Of a stretch of DNA of 32,000 bases, positions 16,441-25,576 are shown one piece after another. Location of the stretch: assembly GCA_000025185.1 (NCBI GenBank), contig CP001848.1:840001-872000 (forward strand). The letters run 5' to 3'. This stretch comes from Pirellula staleyi DSM 6068. GTDB lineage: Bacteria; Planctomycetota; Planctomycetia; Pirellulales; Pirellulaceae. Numbering within the stretch: position 1 is the first letter of the stretch; each line of letters opens with the position of its first letter. Position numbers and translations under genes: made by a program. The notes below the pieces were generated by a model that saw only the letters and a list, made by a program, of their open reading frames with translations, did not search any database and had not been told where the DNA came from.

Positions 16441-16495
16441 CAACAAAAAACGCACGCGAGCACTTCCTCGGGTGGAGGCGAGTGCTCGCGTGCGT
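16441..16495 (-). terminator. Rho-independent terminator downstream of the 16533..16985 gene
   Basis: A perfect 15-bp stem ACGCACGCGAGCACT (16450-16464) / AGTGCTCGCGTGCGT (16481-16495) has an inner CCTC/GAGG extension. On the minus strand it is followed by TTTTTGTTG. Confidence 0.8.
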
Positions 16496-16532
16496 GGGGT
16501 AATTCGTCAACCTTGATCCGGAGATCGAGAGG

Positions 16533-16985
16533 TTACTTGGTTTCGGCCTTCTTGGCCTCGAAGCCTTTGTCGAACGACTTGTCGGCAAAGAGGAGCGAGA
16601 CGGCGTCTTCCGATTTCTCGGCCTTGGCTTTGCAGTTCATGCAGCAGAACTTGACGTCGATGCCACCGACTTTGACGTCGGTACCATCAGCCAGTGGACC
16701 GCCCGAGATGGGGCACTTCACTTGGGTGAATTGCTTGGTGGCGACGAGCTGGTGGTTGGCTTTGGCAGCATGCTTGGCAGGGTCGGCTGCAAAACCTTTC
16801 GAGCAGTTGCCGCAGCAGAAGAAGACCTTGGCGCCACGATATTCCACGGCGTTGTCGGCCTTGGCATCTTTATTGGCGGCCATGATGCACTTGATCCCTT
16901 CAAGCGAGACACCATCGGCGGCACGCAGGACCATGGCAATCGCAACAACGGCAAAACCGGCGAGCATCAGAGTACGAGATTTCAT
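16533..16985 (-). CDS. Secreted protein with two YHS/TRASH-like Cys modules (putative metal binding)
   Basis: The ORF is 16533..17039. The Met at 16985 gives the signal peptide MKSRTLMLAGFAVVAIAMVLRA. Two repeats follow: KC..(24)..VFFCCGNCSKGF and KCPISG..(19)..VKFCCMNCKAKA. They resemble the C..Y.G..Y.FCS..C..F pattern of YHS/TRASH domains. Confidence 0.6.
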   Translation of the reverse strand: MKSRTLMLAGFAVVAIAMVLRAADGVSLEGIKCIMAANKDAKADNAVEYRGAKVFFCCGNCSKGFAADPAKHAAKANHQLVATKQFTQVKCPISGGPLADGTDVKVGGIDVKFCCMNCKAKAEKSEDAVSLLFADKSFDKGFEAKKAETK

Positions 16986-17164
16986 CGGGGGAGTTCTCCT
17001 GGAGAGAAAAAGTGCGGTAAAGCACGCCCAAGAGCCCAAAGTGGGCGTTTCGGCGCGCGGTAACCTTGCGGTGAATACACGTTAATTAACGGACGTGGCA
17101 AGAGGAGTCAAGACAAATCAGCCATTGCTGATGAATTGGACGAATTTGGCTAGCTTTCGGCAAC

Positions 17165-17851
17165 CTATCCACGAAACACGAGCCCCAGCAGCAGCAGGAC
17201 GATGGCTGTCAGCAGCATCACTAAGGCATGCGATCGTGCGACGCTGCGAGCCTGCTGGGAGAGTCCAAACCGCTCCCCCTCTCCATTCCAAAGCCAGAAG
17301 CCGAGTGGCACAGTCACTAGCCCAAACAACCCAAGCTGCCACATCGAACTGCCGTGACGGAGCATCTCGCCGCAGTCGCCAATCTGGGCCAGCGAGCCGA
17401 TCGAGATATAAAGTCCATTGGTAACGAGGCAAAATGCCGCGAAGAACCGAAGCGTGTAGGTCATCGGAAAACGGACCCAGGCCGCAATCTGCCAGAGCAG
17501 CACCGGTGCCATCACGCCGACAATGGGACCGCACCACACCACCACCAGTGGCGCTGGGTTGTGCGACAGATCGGTCCGCGAAATTGAGAGCGGATGCAGC
17601 AACACACGCTCGACCTTGGCTCCGGTCGCCAGCGCTCCCAGCACATGCCCCAGTTCATGCACTTGCTGCATTCCGAGCCAACAAGCCAGCAGCAGCGAGC
17701 TGATGAGCAAGCATTGCCAAAATCGATTCACAAAACGGAATCTTTCCAGTATCCACTTGGTCGCAACCAGTGATGCGTATTCATTAAGCTGCTGGGTTCT
17801 AATCCGATCGACCGAGCTACTATAATCGCCAACCACAGAAGAGACGACCAT
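17165..17851 (-). CDS. Polytopic membrane HExxH metalloprotease-like protein (peptidase M50B-like)
   Basis: The 228-aa protein has an HELGH motif at the end of the first TM helix (LLLACWLGMQQVHELGHVLGALATG) and about five further hydrophobic helices. Confidence 0.65.
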   Translation of the reverse strand: MVVSSVVGDYSSSVDRIRTQQLNEYASLVATKWILERFRFVNRFWQCLLISSLLLACWLGMQQVHELGHVLGALATGAKVERVLLHPLSISRTDLSHNPAPLVVVWCGPIVGVMAPVLLWQIAAWVRFPMTYTLRFFAAFCLVTNGLYISIGSLAQIGDCGEMLRHGSSMWQLGLFGLVTVPLGFWLWNGEGERFGLSQQARSVARSHALVMLLTAIVLLLLGLVFRG

Positions 17852-18198
17852 CTAAAATCACTGCAACAACTGTTTGTTCGGAAGCGTCGCGCTTAGATGC
17901 TCCCCTACCTTCAATACCTGCTACCGATGGTGAAGCTGGCTGATGTTCCCGCACTCCTCTTCGTTCGCCGCATGCCAGCCGCTCGACCAGATGCTTAACG
18001 GAGCATCATCTGCCGCTAGCAAATCTTAGCGACGCGGCCTCGCACACTCACTTCAGCCCGGTTTTTCCCAGCCGTTTTAGCGGTAAGCGTAGCGAAAAAC
18101 GACAGCCTGGATTACTCTTTTTTCGGTTGCACCCCTACTTATCCACCCTTACAAAGGAGGGCTAACTGGTGCGTCGGGCACAGAAAGAGAGTGGTTGC

Positions 18199-21100
18199 AT
18201 GAGCGGTGGATTTGACCCGTACTACCAATGGATGGGAATTGCTCCAGACGAGCAGCCACCCAACCACTACCGCTTGCTGGGGATTAGGCTGCTGGAGTCC
18301 AACCCCGACGTGATTCAAAACGCTGCTGATGCGCGAATGATTCACCTGCGAACTTTTCAGTCGGGTCCCCACTCTCTTCATTCTCAAAAGCTACTCAACG
18401 AAGTGGCCGCAGCTGCTCAATGCCTGCTGATCGCTTCGCAAAAGAAGAGCTACGACCAGCAGCTCCGGTCGTCTCTCGCACTGGCACAACAGACTGCGAA
18501 TCCACCACCTCAGCCCCTCGTTAGTCCGCCGCTTGCAGCAGCAACTCCGGTGGCACGTCCGCTGCCAGTTGCGACGCCGCTTGCAGCCCCCCTGCCTGCG
18601 AAGACACCACCTGCTGAAAGCCAGCCAAGCTTCACCGCTGGCACCTCGCGGCGCGTTGCACGCAAAAACAATCCACTGGTTGCAATGTCGATCGTGGTGG
18701 CCGTTTGTGGCGTGGGACTGATCGGCGGACTCGTGGTTTGGGGATACGGATTTCAATCCAATCCGACGGGAGAGCTGGCCGAAGCTCCCCAGAAGACAAC
18801 AATGCTGCCGACACCACCCTCGCCACCTAATCTTCCCCCAAATTTGCCGTCGACCACCAGCACAACCACGCCAAGCACTCCGCCAGCGGGTGAGCAGCCG
18901 CCGCCAACAGTTCCAAGCAGCGATCCGAGCGAGGCGTCAGTCGATGGAAGCACGAGCCCCGAAACGGGACCTCTGCCGCCTCCCGATCCAACTAGCAGCA
19001 CACCTGTCGTAGCTCCATTCAAGTATCTGAGCGAGCTACCCAAAGTCATTCAGAATGCCTACGAGGAACCAGGATTGGTCGTGCGTGTGCAGGGTGTCGA
19101 TTCACCTCATGGGTTTATGCACCATCCGCATTCCGACTCGATCACCGTTTGCAATGTCGCGCTCGACGGAACCTATCAATGGCTCACAGGGGCTGCTGTA
19201 TTTAATGATACAGCGACCAAAGATGCGCGCACTCCCGCCATCATGTCGATCTATGGCGATGGCAATCTACTGTTTCAATCTCTGCCAGTCTCGAAGGCGC
19301 GGCCGATTCAGCCCTTCGCAGTACAGATCGCGGGTGTCAAAAAATTAGTGTTGAAAGTCGATTGCCCTGGAAGCTTCTCCTACTGTCACACCGCCTGGTT
19401 CTCTCCGATGCTGAGTGTCGCCCCCAACAGCCCGAATGTCGAACTGGCTCGTCTGCTCGAAGGAAAAAACTATCCCGCCCCCAGACCCGTCGTCGCTGCA
19501 CCCAAATGGTTTGGCCTCCACGCGCCGAAACAAGGGATCTCAGCCACGCAGCTGAACCCTGCTCGTCCGATGTACCTCATCGAGCTCGAGCATGTCGATT
19601 TCGCTGCCTACAACGACGGCCCCAAACGCGTAGTCTCGCTGAAAGGGAAGCGTTCAGCGCATGGCATCTTCATGCACCCGAACAACAAAAGCGACGCTCG
19701 AATTGTTTACCGACTCGATCGCAAGTTTCACACCTTCACCGGCGCCGTGGGGATCAGCGATAAGCTCGACGACCGAGCGTTTTCCGATCAAACTTTTTCC
19801 ATCCTCGGCGATGGCAAAGAACTCTGGAAATCGCGACCACATCGCGCGATTTCTTCATCGCAAGATTTCCAGGTGAATGTGAGTGGCGTTGATCTACTCG
19901 AGCTGCGCGTGGATTGTCACGGAAGCAGTGGCAAAGCGCACGCCGTTTGGTACGCGCCACATGTCAGCCCGCTGGACGATCGATCCAATGCCGAACTCGC
20001 TCAGATCTACCCCCAGTATCAACCGCTCGAGCAAGGGCCCAACGAGCGCAGCTTGGCCGATCTGGCGAACCCCAACGCCAGACCTGTCGATCGGCTCCCA
20101 CCACCTTCCACGGAAGCGCTCGCCAAAGCTCGCGAACTGCTCCACGAAGTTTTGGCTACCGAGTTTGCCGCTGCCAAAACAGCGGAGAAAAAAATGAAAT
20201 TGGTCGACGATCTTCTAGAAATAGGATCGCTCCCCGATCAGGCTGTCGCCGATCAATTCGCTGTGCTCGTGGAAGCCTTGGAACGAAGTTTCACGTTCGA
20301 ACAGTTCTCTCGCGCCGAGTCCGAATTGCTGCGGCGGTATAACACCCCGCTGCTGACCGAACGCCTAACAGGCCTCAAGTCGTGCGTCACGCAAGCGCGC
20401 CCCGATCACGTCACCAAGTTTGCTGAATCTATCTTGCGCGCCGTCGACGACGCTGAACAATCGCAAGCCTACGAACTGGCCGTGGAGTTCAGCGACGTTG
20501 GGCAATCGCTCGGTAAGAAAACTGGCGAGCGGAAGCTCACCAGCATCTTCGTCGAACGCTCCCAACGATCGGGCCGATTACAAGTCGCACATCGTGATTG
20601 TGCGCCGCTGCTGGAATCGATGGCGAGCAACTCGCTCGACGACGCCGGGAAGTTCAAATGCGGGCAGTACCTCGCGCTTGTCCGTAGCGACTGGCCGGCG
20701 GCACTTCCGCTGCTCGCTCTGGGGAAAGACGATCCCTCGATCGCCAAAGCGGTGCTGAAAGACATTGCCGCCCCAACCGCTCCCGACGATATCATCGCGC
20801 TGGCCGATAGCTGGTGGCAACTCAGCGAGCAAGCAACCGAGCTGTCGCAAGAGGGTTATCGCAAACGCGCGATTCACTGGTACCTGAAAGCCAAAGAGGC
20901 TGGCGTGCGCGGCCTAGGCCTGGAAAAAGCGACGCAGCGAACCTCGACAACGTTGGGCGATTGGCTCGCAGAGTGGCGGCCCAATTCACCCGAAGTCCTG
21001 TTCGCCAAGCAAGTGGTCGGCCGTTATCGCACCTACCATATCGATATCGATCGTCCCGGCGCTAAGCGTCACCGCGAACAGCTGATCACCATCAGCCCCA

Positions 21101-21294
21101 GCAACGAAGTCCTGAACGAACAGGGGCAGCACTTTGGCATTTGGCGACAAGAGGGAGCCAACCTCCGCATTGAGTTCGCCGAAGAAAGCTTCGGCTTTGC
21201 CTTGATGCAGATCACCAAGAATCGCGTCCTTCAAGGTCGTCATCTACAAAAACATGACGGCCGCCTCCGAGGCTACGAAATGATCCCCGAGTAA
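18199..21294 (+). CDS. Large bitopic protein: N-terminal degenerate J-like domain, TM helix, Pro/Thr-rich linker, two NPCBM-like domains and a helical-repeat C-terminal region
   Basis: The ORF is 18169..21294. The ATG at 18199 is preceded by AGAAAGAGAG. The J-like region is DPYYQWMGIAPDEQPPNHYRLLGI...KKSYDQQL and has no HPD motif. The TM helix LVAMSIVVAVCGVGLIGGLVVWGY maps to about nt 18676-18747. Two paralogous ~130-aa modules lie at nt ~19021-19416 and ~19570-19968, with the YLSEL/YLIEL...HG(F/I)(F)MHP...GDG..L(W/F).S...Q.F.V...GV..L.L.VDC...W..P pattern of NPCBM/NEW2 domains. Confidence 0.8.
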   Translation: MSGGFDPYYQWMGIAPDEQPPNHYRLLGIRLLESNPDVIQNAADARMIHLRTFQSGPHSLHSQKLLNEVAAAAQCLLIASQKKSYDQQLRSSLALAQQTANPPPQPLVSPPLAAATPVARPLPVATPLAAPLPAKTPPAESQPSFTAGTSRRVARKNNPLVAMSIVVAVCGVGLIGGLVVWGYGFQSNPTGELAEAPQKTTMLPTPPSPPNLPPNLPSTTSTTTPSTPPAGEQPPPTVPSSDPSEASVDGSTSPETGPLPPPDPTSSTPVVAPFKYLSELPKVIQNAYEEPGLVVRVQGVDSPHGFMHHPHSDSITVCNVALDGTYQWLTGAAVFNDTATKDARTPAIMSIYGDGNLLFQSLPVSKARPIQPFAVQIAGVKKLVLKVDCPGSFSYCHTAWFSPMLSVAPNSPNVELARLLEGKNYPAPRPVVAAPKWFGLHAPKQGISATQLNPARPMYLIELEHVDFAAYNDGPKRVVSLKGKRSAHGIFMHPNNKSDARIVYRLDRKFHTFTGAVGISDKLDDRAFSDQTFSILGDGKELWKSRPHRAISSSQDFQVNVSGVDLLELRVDCHGSSGKAHAVWYAPHVSPLDDRSNAELAQIYPQYQPLEQGPNERSLADLANPNARPVDRLPPPSTEALAKARELLHEVLATEFAAAKTAEKKMKLVDDLLEIGSLPDQAVADQFAVLVEALERSFTFEQFSRAESELLRRYNTPLLTERLTGLKSCVTQARPDHVTKFAESILRAVDDAEQSQAYELAVEFSDVGQSLGKKTGERKLTSIFVERSQRSGRLQVAHRDCAPLLESMASNSLDDAGKFKCGQYLALVRSDWPAALPLLALGKDDPSIAKAVLKDIAAPTAPDDIIALADSWWQLSEQATELSQEGYRKRAIHWYLKAKEAGVRGLGLEKATQRTSTTLGDWLAEWRPNSPEVLFAKQVVGRYRTYHIDIDRPGAKRHREQLITISPSNEVLNEQGQHFGIWRQEGANLRIEFAEESFGFALMQITKNRVLQGRHLQKHDGRLRGYEMIPE

Positions 21295-21373
21295 GCGATT
21301 TGCAACTGCCCTGTAGCAGAGATCCGACCGTTCGAAGCTGCTAATTTTATAGAGCCCCAGGGATCAAGAAACT

Positions 21374-21418
21374 AAAAAACGCACGGGAGATTTTGGGTCT
21401 CGCGTGCGTTTGATTTTT
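21374..21418. terminator. Bidirectional intrinsic terminator between convergent genes
   Basis: The stem is ACGCACGGGAGA (21379-21390) / TCTCGCGTGCGT (21398-21409), with 11 of 12 pairs. An A6 tract lies on the left and TTGATTTTT on the right. Confidence 0.7.
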
Positions 21419-21490
21419 GGTGCGTGAAGTTCACGACTAACGGGAGCCTGACTGACTGATTAGTACAGGCAATTGAGTACTGGCCAGGCA

Positions 21491-22336
21491 CTACCAGCGC
21501 TGGGCAACTTGTTGCTTCATGAAGCCGAGGCTGTCGCGCGAGAGTTGTTCTTCGCTCTCGAACATACGGCGCCAGATTTTGGTGGCGGCGGCCAGTTCAG
21601 GGAGCGCCAGACCAAACGCCTCGACCACCATCCAGCCGTTGTAGCCGATGTCGCGCAGAGCGTCGAAATTCTCTTCCCAGCGGACGTTCCCCTTGCCGGG
21701 AGTGCTTCGATCGTTCTCGCTGATGTGCACGTGGCACAGCATATCGGCACAGCTGTGGATCGCCTGCGCGATGCTCTTCTCTTCGATGTTGCTGTGGAAC
21801 GTGTCGTACATCATGCGGCAGCGGGCGTGACCAACTTCGCGGCAAAAACGGGCCGAATCGGCGTGCGTATTGAGCAGATACGTCTCAAACCGGTTGAGGC
21901 ATTCAACACCGAGCGTGACATGCACGGTCCCCGCATGCTCGGCCACTGCTCGCATGCTTTCGACACCCCACTTCCACTCGTCGGCGGTTCGTCCCTTGCC
22001 ACTGAACGATCCGAGGGCCGAATGATAGGGGCCAACCAGAGTCACCGCGCCGACAGCAGCGCAGCAGTCGAGCGCCTTCTTGTTGGCGTCGATCCCCTTT
22101 TGGCGAATCGCAGCATCGGGGCTGATCGGGTTGTCGGCTTCGGTGCGGACCGTCACGGCAGTTCGCGCGAGGCCAATTTCGTCGAGAATTTTGCCCCACT
22201 TGGCGTAGTCGAGATCCATGTTGAAGATCGGCAGCTCGACGCCGTCGTAGCCCAGGTTCTTTAGCAAATGGAGGACGGGAATCATCTCGTCGCTCAGTTC
22301 GCCGGTCCACAGCAGCAGATTCATGCCGTACTTCAT
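21491..22336 (-). CDS. Ketose 3-epimerase-like sugar isomerase/epimerase (xylose-isomerase-like TIM barrel, D-tagatose/D-psicose 3-epimerase family)
   Basis: The 281-aa protein aligns by eye to Pseudomonas D-tagatose 3-epimerase. Examples are GVECLNRFETYLLNT vs LEVVNRFEQWLCND, MMYDTFHSNIEE vs QLDTFHMNIEE, and HVHISENDRSTPGKGNVRWEENFDALRDIGYNGWMVVEAF vs [40 protein letters not shown]. Confidence 0.8.
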   Translation of the reverse strand: MKYGMNLLLWTGELSDEMIPVLHLLKNLGYDGVELPIFNMDLDYAKWGKILDEIGLARTAVTVRTEADNPISPDAAIRQKGIDANKKALDCCAAVGAVTLVGPYHSALGSFSGKGRTADEWKWGVESMRAVAEHAGTVHVTLGVECLNRFETYLLNTHADSARFCREVGHARCRMMYDTFHSNIEEKSIAQAIHSCADMLCHVHISENDRSTPGKGNVRWEENFDALRDIGYNGWMVVEAFGLALPELAAATKIWRRMFESEEQLSRDSLGFMKQQVAQRW

Positions 22337-22366
22337 CAGTTAATCCTCAGAGGGAGAGTCGGACGC

Positions 22367-23026
22367 CTAAAGGGTCGTCGAAGTGGGAGTGAGTAATTCG
22401 TGACGGCGAAGCCACACAGCTTCGCGCATGTCGGGGAGTAGTCGCTTGAGTCCTTCAGGGAGCGGTGGAAGTTTCACGCGCCGCATGACCTGCTCGAGTC
22501 GCCTAAAAAGTTTGTCATCGTCGCGATAGTCGTACAAGAACCGCTCGGTCAGGAATCGGGGCAAGAGCAGCAGGAGTCGATCGGTGGGGCGCGTCGCGAG
22601 CTCGCTAACCATCGTTTGCAGCTGGTAGGGATCGAGATGCGCCAGGGCCAGGTAGTAGTCGTCGAGTCGCTGCGGATCCTCGCGATCGAGCGCCGCATCG
22701 AGCATCAGTTCGACCAAAATATGGCCGAGAAAACTCGGGCGGAGCCCATCGTCGGCAGGCAACTGATCGCGAATGGCGAGCGTAAATTGCCAGCTGAGAT
22801 CGCTGAATGCCTGCGTGGTATGGAACCAGTCGTCGTCGGCCAGATGCTGCAGCACCCCGCGGGCAAATCGGGCTTTCGTCTGGTCGGTGGGGGTCGCATG
22901 CGGCTCGACATTTCGCCGCCGCATGCGCACCTTTCGATCGATCACACTGAGCCAATCTGGGGCGCTGGTGCCCGCCAGAAAGTAAGGATCAGCCGTAAAT
23001 CGCCAGCCATGCGCCAGGTAGTTCAT
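22367..23026 (-). CDS. ACP phosphodiesterase (AcpH)-like protein
   Basis: The 219-aa protein has the N-terminus MNYLAHGW (compare E. coli AcpH MNFLAHLHLA), an HLADDDWFH motif and an all-helical composition. The assignment is by motif only. Confidence 0.5.
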   Translation of the reverse strand: MNYLAHGWRFTADPYFLAGTSAPDWLSVIDRKVRMRRRNVEPHATPTDQTKARFARGVLQHLADDDWFHTTQAFSDLSWQFTLAIRDQLPADDGLRPSFLGHILVELMLDAALDREDPQRLDDYYLALAHLDPYQLQTMVSELATRPTDRLLLLLPRFLTERFLYDYRDDDKLFRRLEQVMRRVKLPPLPEGLKRLLPDMREAVWLRRHELLTPTSTTL

Positions 23027-23053
23027 GGCCTTAGTTTACACGCTCGAGACCGA

Positions 23054-24187
23054 CTACACCTTCTGCCAGTTGTGCTCGGCAGCGCTCTTCAGCACAGCAT
23101 CGCACACCTTCTGCGTTTCGAGCGAGTCGCGGAACGTGGGGCCCGCTGGCTTGCCGGTCGATAGGCTCTCACAGAAGTCGGCCACTTGATGCACGAAGCT
23201 GTGCTCGTAACCAATCGCCAGACCAGGCACCCACCACTTGTTCATGTAGGGATGATCGCCGTCGGTCACATGGATGCTCGACCAGCCTCGCAAGTTGCCA
23301 GCGTCGCGATAGTCGAACCACTGCAGACGATGCAGGTCGTGGAGGTCCCACTTGATCGAGCCGAATTCGCCGTTGATTTCCAAGGTGTAGAGTGCCTTGT
23401 GACCACGGGCATAGCGGGTCGATTCAAACAGACCGAGCGAGCCGTTTTGGAAATGGCAAAGGAACGAGCAAGCGTCGTCGATCGTCACCTTTTCCATCTT
23501 GCCGGTAAGGGTGTGCTTACGTTCCTTGATGAACGTTTCGGTCATTGCCGTCACGTCGCTGATCCCACCGTTGAGCCAGAGCGCGGTGTCGATGCAGTGC
23601 GCGAGAAGATCGCCCGTCACGCCGCTGCCAGCGGCTGCCGAATCGAGCCGCCACAGCCCTTGACCACCTTGCGGCAGGTCGGCCGAGATCGTCCAGTCCT
23701 GCAGGAAGTTGGCGCGATAATGGAAGATGCGGCCGAGTTTGCCTTCGTCGATCAGTTGCTTGGCAAACGTCACGGCAGGGATGCGGCGATAGTTGTACCA
23801 CACGATGTTGGCCACCCCTGCCTTTTCGACAGCGGCGCACATCTCTTCTCCTTCAGCGACGTTCATCGCCAGCGGCTTTTCGCACAGGATCATCTTCCCC
23901 GCTTGGGCAGCGGCAATGGCGATCTCTTTGTGCAAGTTATTAGGAGTGCAGATATCGACCGCATCGATATCGTCGCGAGCAATCAGCTTGCGCCAATCGG
24001 TTTCGATGCTCTTATAACCCCACGTCTCGGCAAAAGCCTTGGCTTTTTCTTCATCGCGAGCACAAACAGCCTGCAGCACAGGGGTGTGCTCAAGCTTAAA
24101 GAAATTCGCTACGCGGTTATAAGCGTTCGAGTGAGCTCGGCCCATGAAGCCGTAACCGATCATACCAATGCGAAGAGGTTTTGACAT
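23054..24187 (-). CDS. Gfo/Idh/MocA family NAD(P)-dependent oxidoreductase
   Basis: It has the N-terminal Rossmann motif [19 protein letters not shown], the EKP motif (ILCEKPLA) and a length of 377 aa. Confidence 0.9.
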   Translation of the reverse strand: MSKPLRIGMIGYGFMGRAHSNAYNRVANFFKLEHTPVLQAVCARDEEKAKAFAETWGYKSIETDWRKLIARDDIDAVDICTPNNLHKEIAIAAAQAGKMILCEKPLAMNVAEGEEMCAAVEKAGVANIVWYNYRRIPAVTFAKQLIDEGKLGRIFHYRANFLQDWTISADLPQGGQGLWRLDSAAAGSGVTGDLLAHCIDTALWLNGGISDVTAMTETFIKERKHTLTGKMEKVTIDDACSFLCHFQNGSLGLFESTRYARGHKALYTLEINGEFGSIKWDLHDLHRLQWFDYRDAGNLRGWSSIHVTDGDHPYMNKWWVPGLAIGYEHSFVHQVADFCESLSTGKPAGPTFRDSLETQKVCDAVLKSAAEHNWQKV

Positions 24188-24260
24188 GACAATCTATCTC
24201 AAAGGTTAAATCAAAAGGTATTGAAGGACGAACTAGGAGGTCGCTTCTCGATGAAGCGGA

Positions 24261-25289
24261 TCAGCTCCAGCCATGTGCATCGCGTACGGCGAGCATCGTC
24301 TTGAGGATCGTGTTCCAGGTGCTTTGTTTTTCGAGCATGTCGTTGGGGAACATGCAGCCATCCCAGCAGATATGCTTCAGGCCACGCGACGAAGCACCTT
24401 GGAGCCAGGCACCGGCGGTTTTGACGATGTCGAGCTTGCCGTTGGGGTCGTCGGCGGGGCAATGGCGGCCGGTCTTGTCGTGCGAACCGGTGCCGTGCAC
24501 CGATCCATCGTTCTGGGCGACGTGGAAATCGAACGTCCAGGGACGGAGCGCGTCGGTCATGGTTTTGAAAGCGGCGTCGAAATCGGCCTGGCTATAGCCG
24601 GGCTTCAGCAGAGCGTGATGCTCGGCGTTATAACCCAAGAGATACAAATAGGTATGCGCTTGGTCAGCCTGGAAACCAACGGTTTCGGGCATGGCAACTT
24701 CTTCGAGCAGCGCGAGCATGTTCTTCCACGAGTGCATGCCGGCCCAGCAGATCTCCCCTTCCGCCGCGAGTCGTTCGCCGTGATCGGCAGCGACCTTAGC
24801 AGCTTCGCGGAAAGTGGCAGCGATCTTGGTGGTATTCCCCTTGGGATCAGCATCCCAGTGCGAAGGGCTGTCGGCCGAGTCGATGCGGATCACGCCATAC
24901 TTGCGGACCCCATGCTCGTTGAGAATCTTGGCGATACGGCACGCCTTCTTCACGGCGAGAACGAAGTTCGCACGATCTTCGTCGCTACCCATCGCAGAGC
25001 CGCCGACCGTGCCGGGCCAAACGGGAGCAACGAGCGAGCCGACATTCAGGTTGTACGAGGCGATTTTATCGGCCATCGCCCGAAGCTGATCGTCGGTCGC
25101 ATCGGGATCGGTGTGGGGATGAAACAGGAACAGATCGACGCCATCGAACTTCTGACCATTCACTTCTGCGGCAGCGGTGAGCTCGAGCATCCGCTCCAAG
25201 CTGATCGGCGGATGATCGGTCCCTGGCTCTTTGCCCACGAGTCCCGGCCACATCGCATTGTGGAGTTTCGGATAAGTCGGAGAGGCCAT
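24261..25289 (-). CDS. Sugar phosphate isomerase/epimerase family protein (xylose-isomerase-like TIM barrel, 342 aa)
   Basis: The family pattern is typical: [37 protein letters not shown]. This is the long planctomycete type that is usually paired with Gfo/Idh/MocA genes. Confidence 0.8.
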   Translation of the reverse strand: MASPTYPKLHNAMWPGLVGKEPGTDHPPISLERMLELTAAAEVNGQKFDGVDLFLFHPHTDPDATDDQLRAMADKIASYNLNVGSLVAPVWPGTVGGSAMGSDEDRANFVLAVKKACRIAKILNEHGVRKYGVIRIDSADSPSHWDADPKGNTTKIAATFREAAKVAADHGERLAAEGEICWAGMHSWKNMLALLEEVAMPETVGFQADQAHTYLYLLGYNAEHHALLKPGYSQADFDAAFKTMTDALRPWTFDFHVAQNDGSVHGTGSHDKTGRHCPADDPNGKLDIVKTAGAWLQGASSRGLKHICWDGCMFPNDMLEKQSTWNTILKTMLAVRDAHGWS

Positions 25290-25507
25290 CGAAGAGGTTT
25301 CCTATATGGAGTTGAATGATTTGTCAGTGTCGAGCTAAGCAGTGGTAGACAAGTGCTGCTGAAGACTCTGCTTAAGGAGGTAATTCTGGTGGGGATGCTC
25401 CAGCAATTTGCGGTCGCTATCGTGCTGCAACCGACCCGGCCACCAAATGGCCGGGTCGTGGCATTGCAGTGCATACAGCAGCGAAAAGATTGTCAGTTTT
25501 GGATTCC

Positions 25508-25574
25508 CACTGCTGGACAAGCCAGCAGTGCCACCCAAAGTCGGCTTGGGACGGAAGGGAGACCGAAGCCGTCC
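25508..25574 (-). terminator. Two stem-loops directly after the cupin-like gene stop (possible terminator or RNA-stabilising hairpins)
   Basis: There is a 6-bp stem GGACGG (25549-25554) / CCGTCC (25569-25574) starting 3 nt after the TAG. There is a 9-bp stem CACTGCTGG (25508-25516) / CCAGCAGTG (25522-25530). Neither has a clean U-tract. Confidence 0.4.
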
Positions 25575-25576
25575 TA

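Noticed and set aside
15830-16516. 228-aa + ORF antisense to lpxB
   Set aside because: The lpxB identity of the minus frame is unambiguous.
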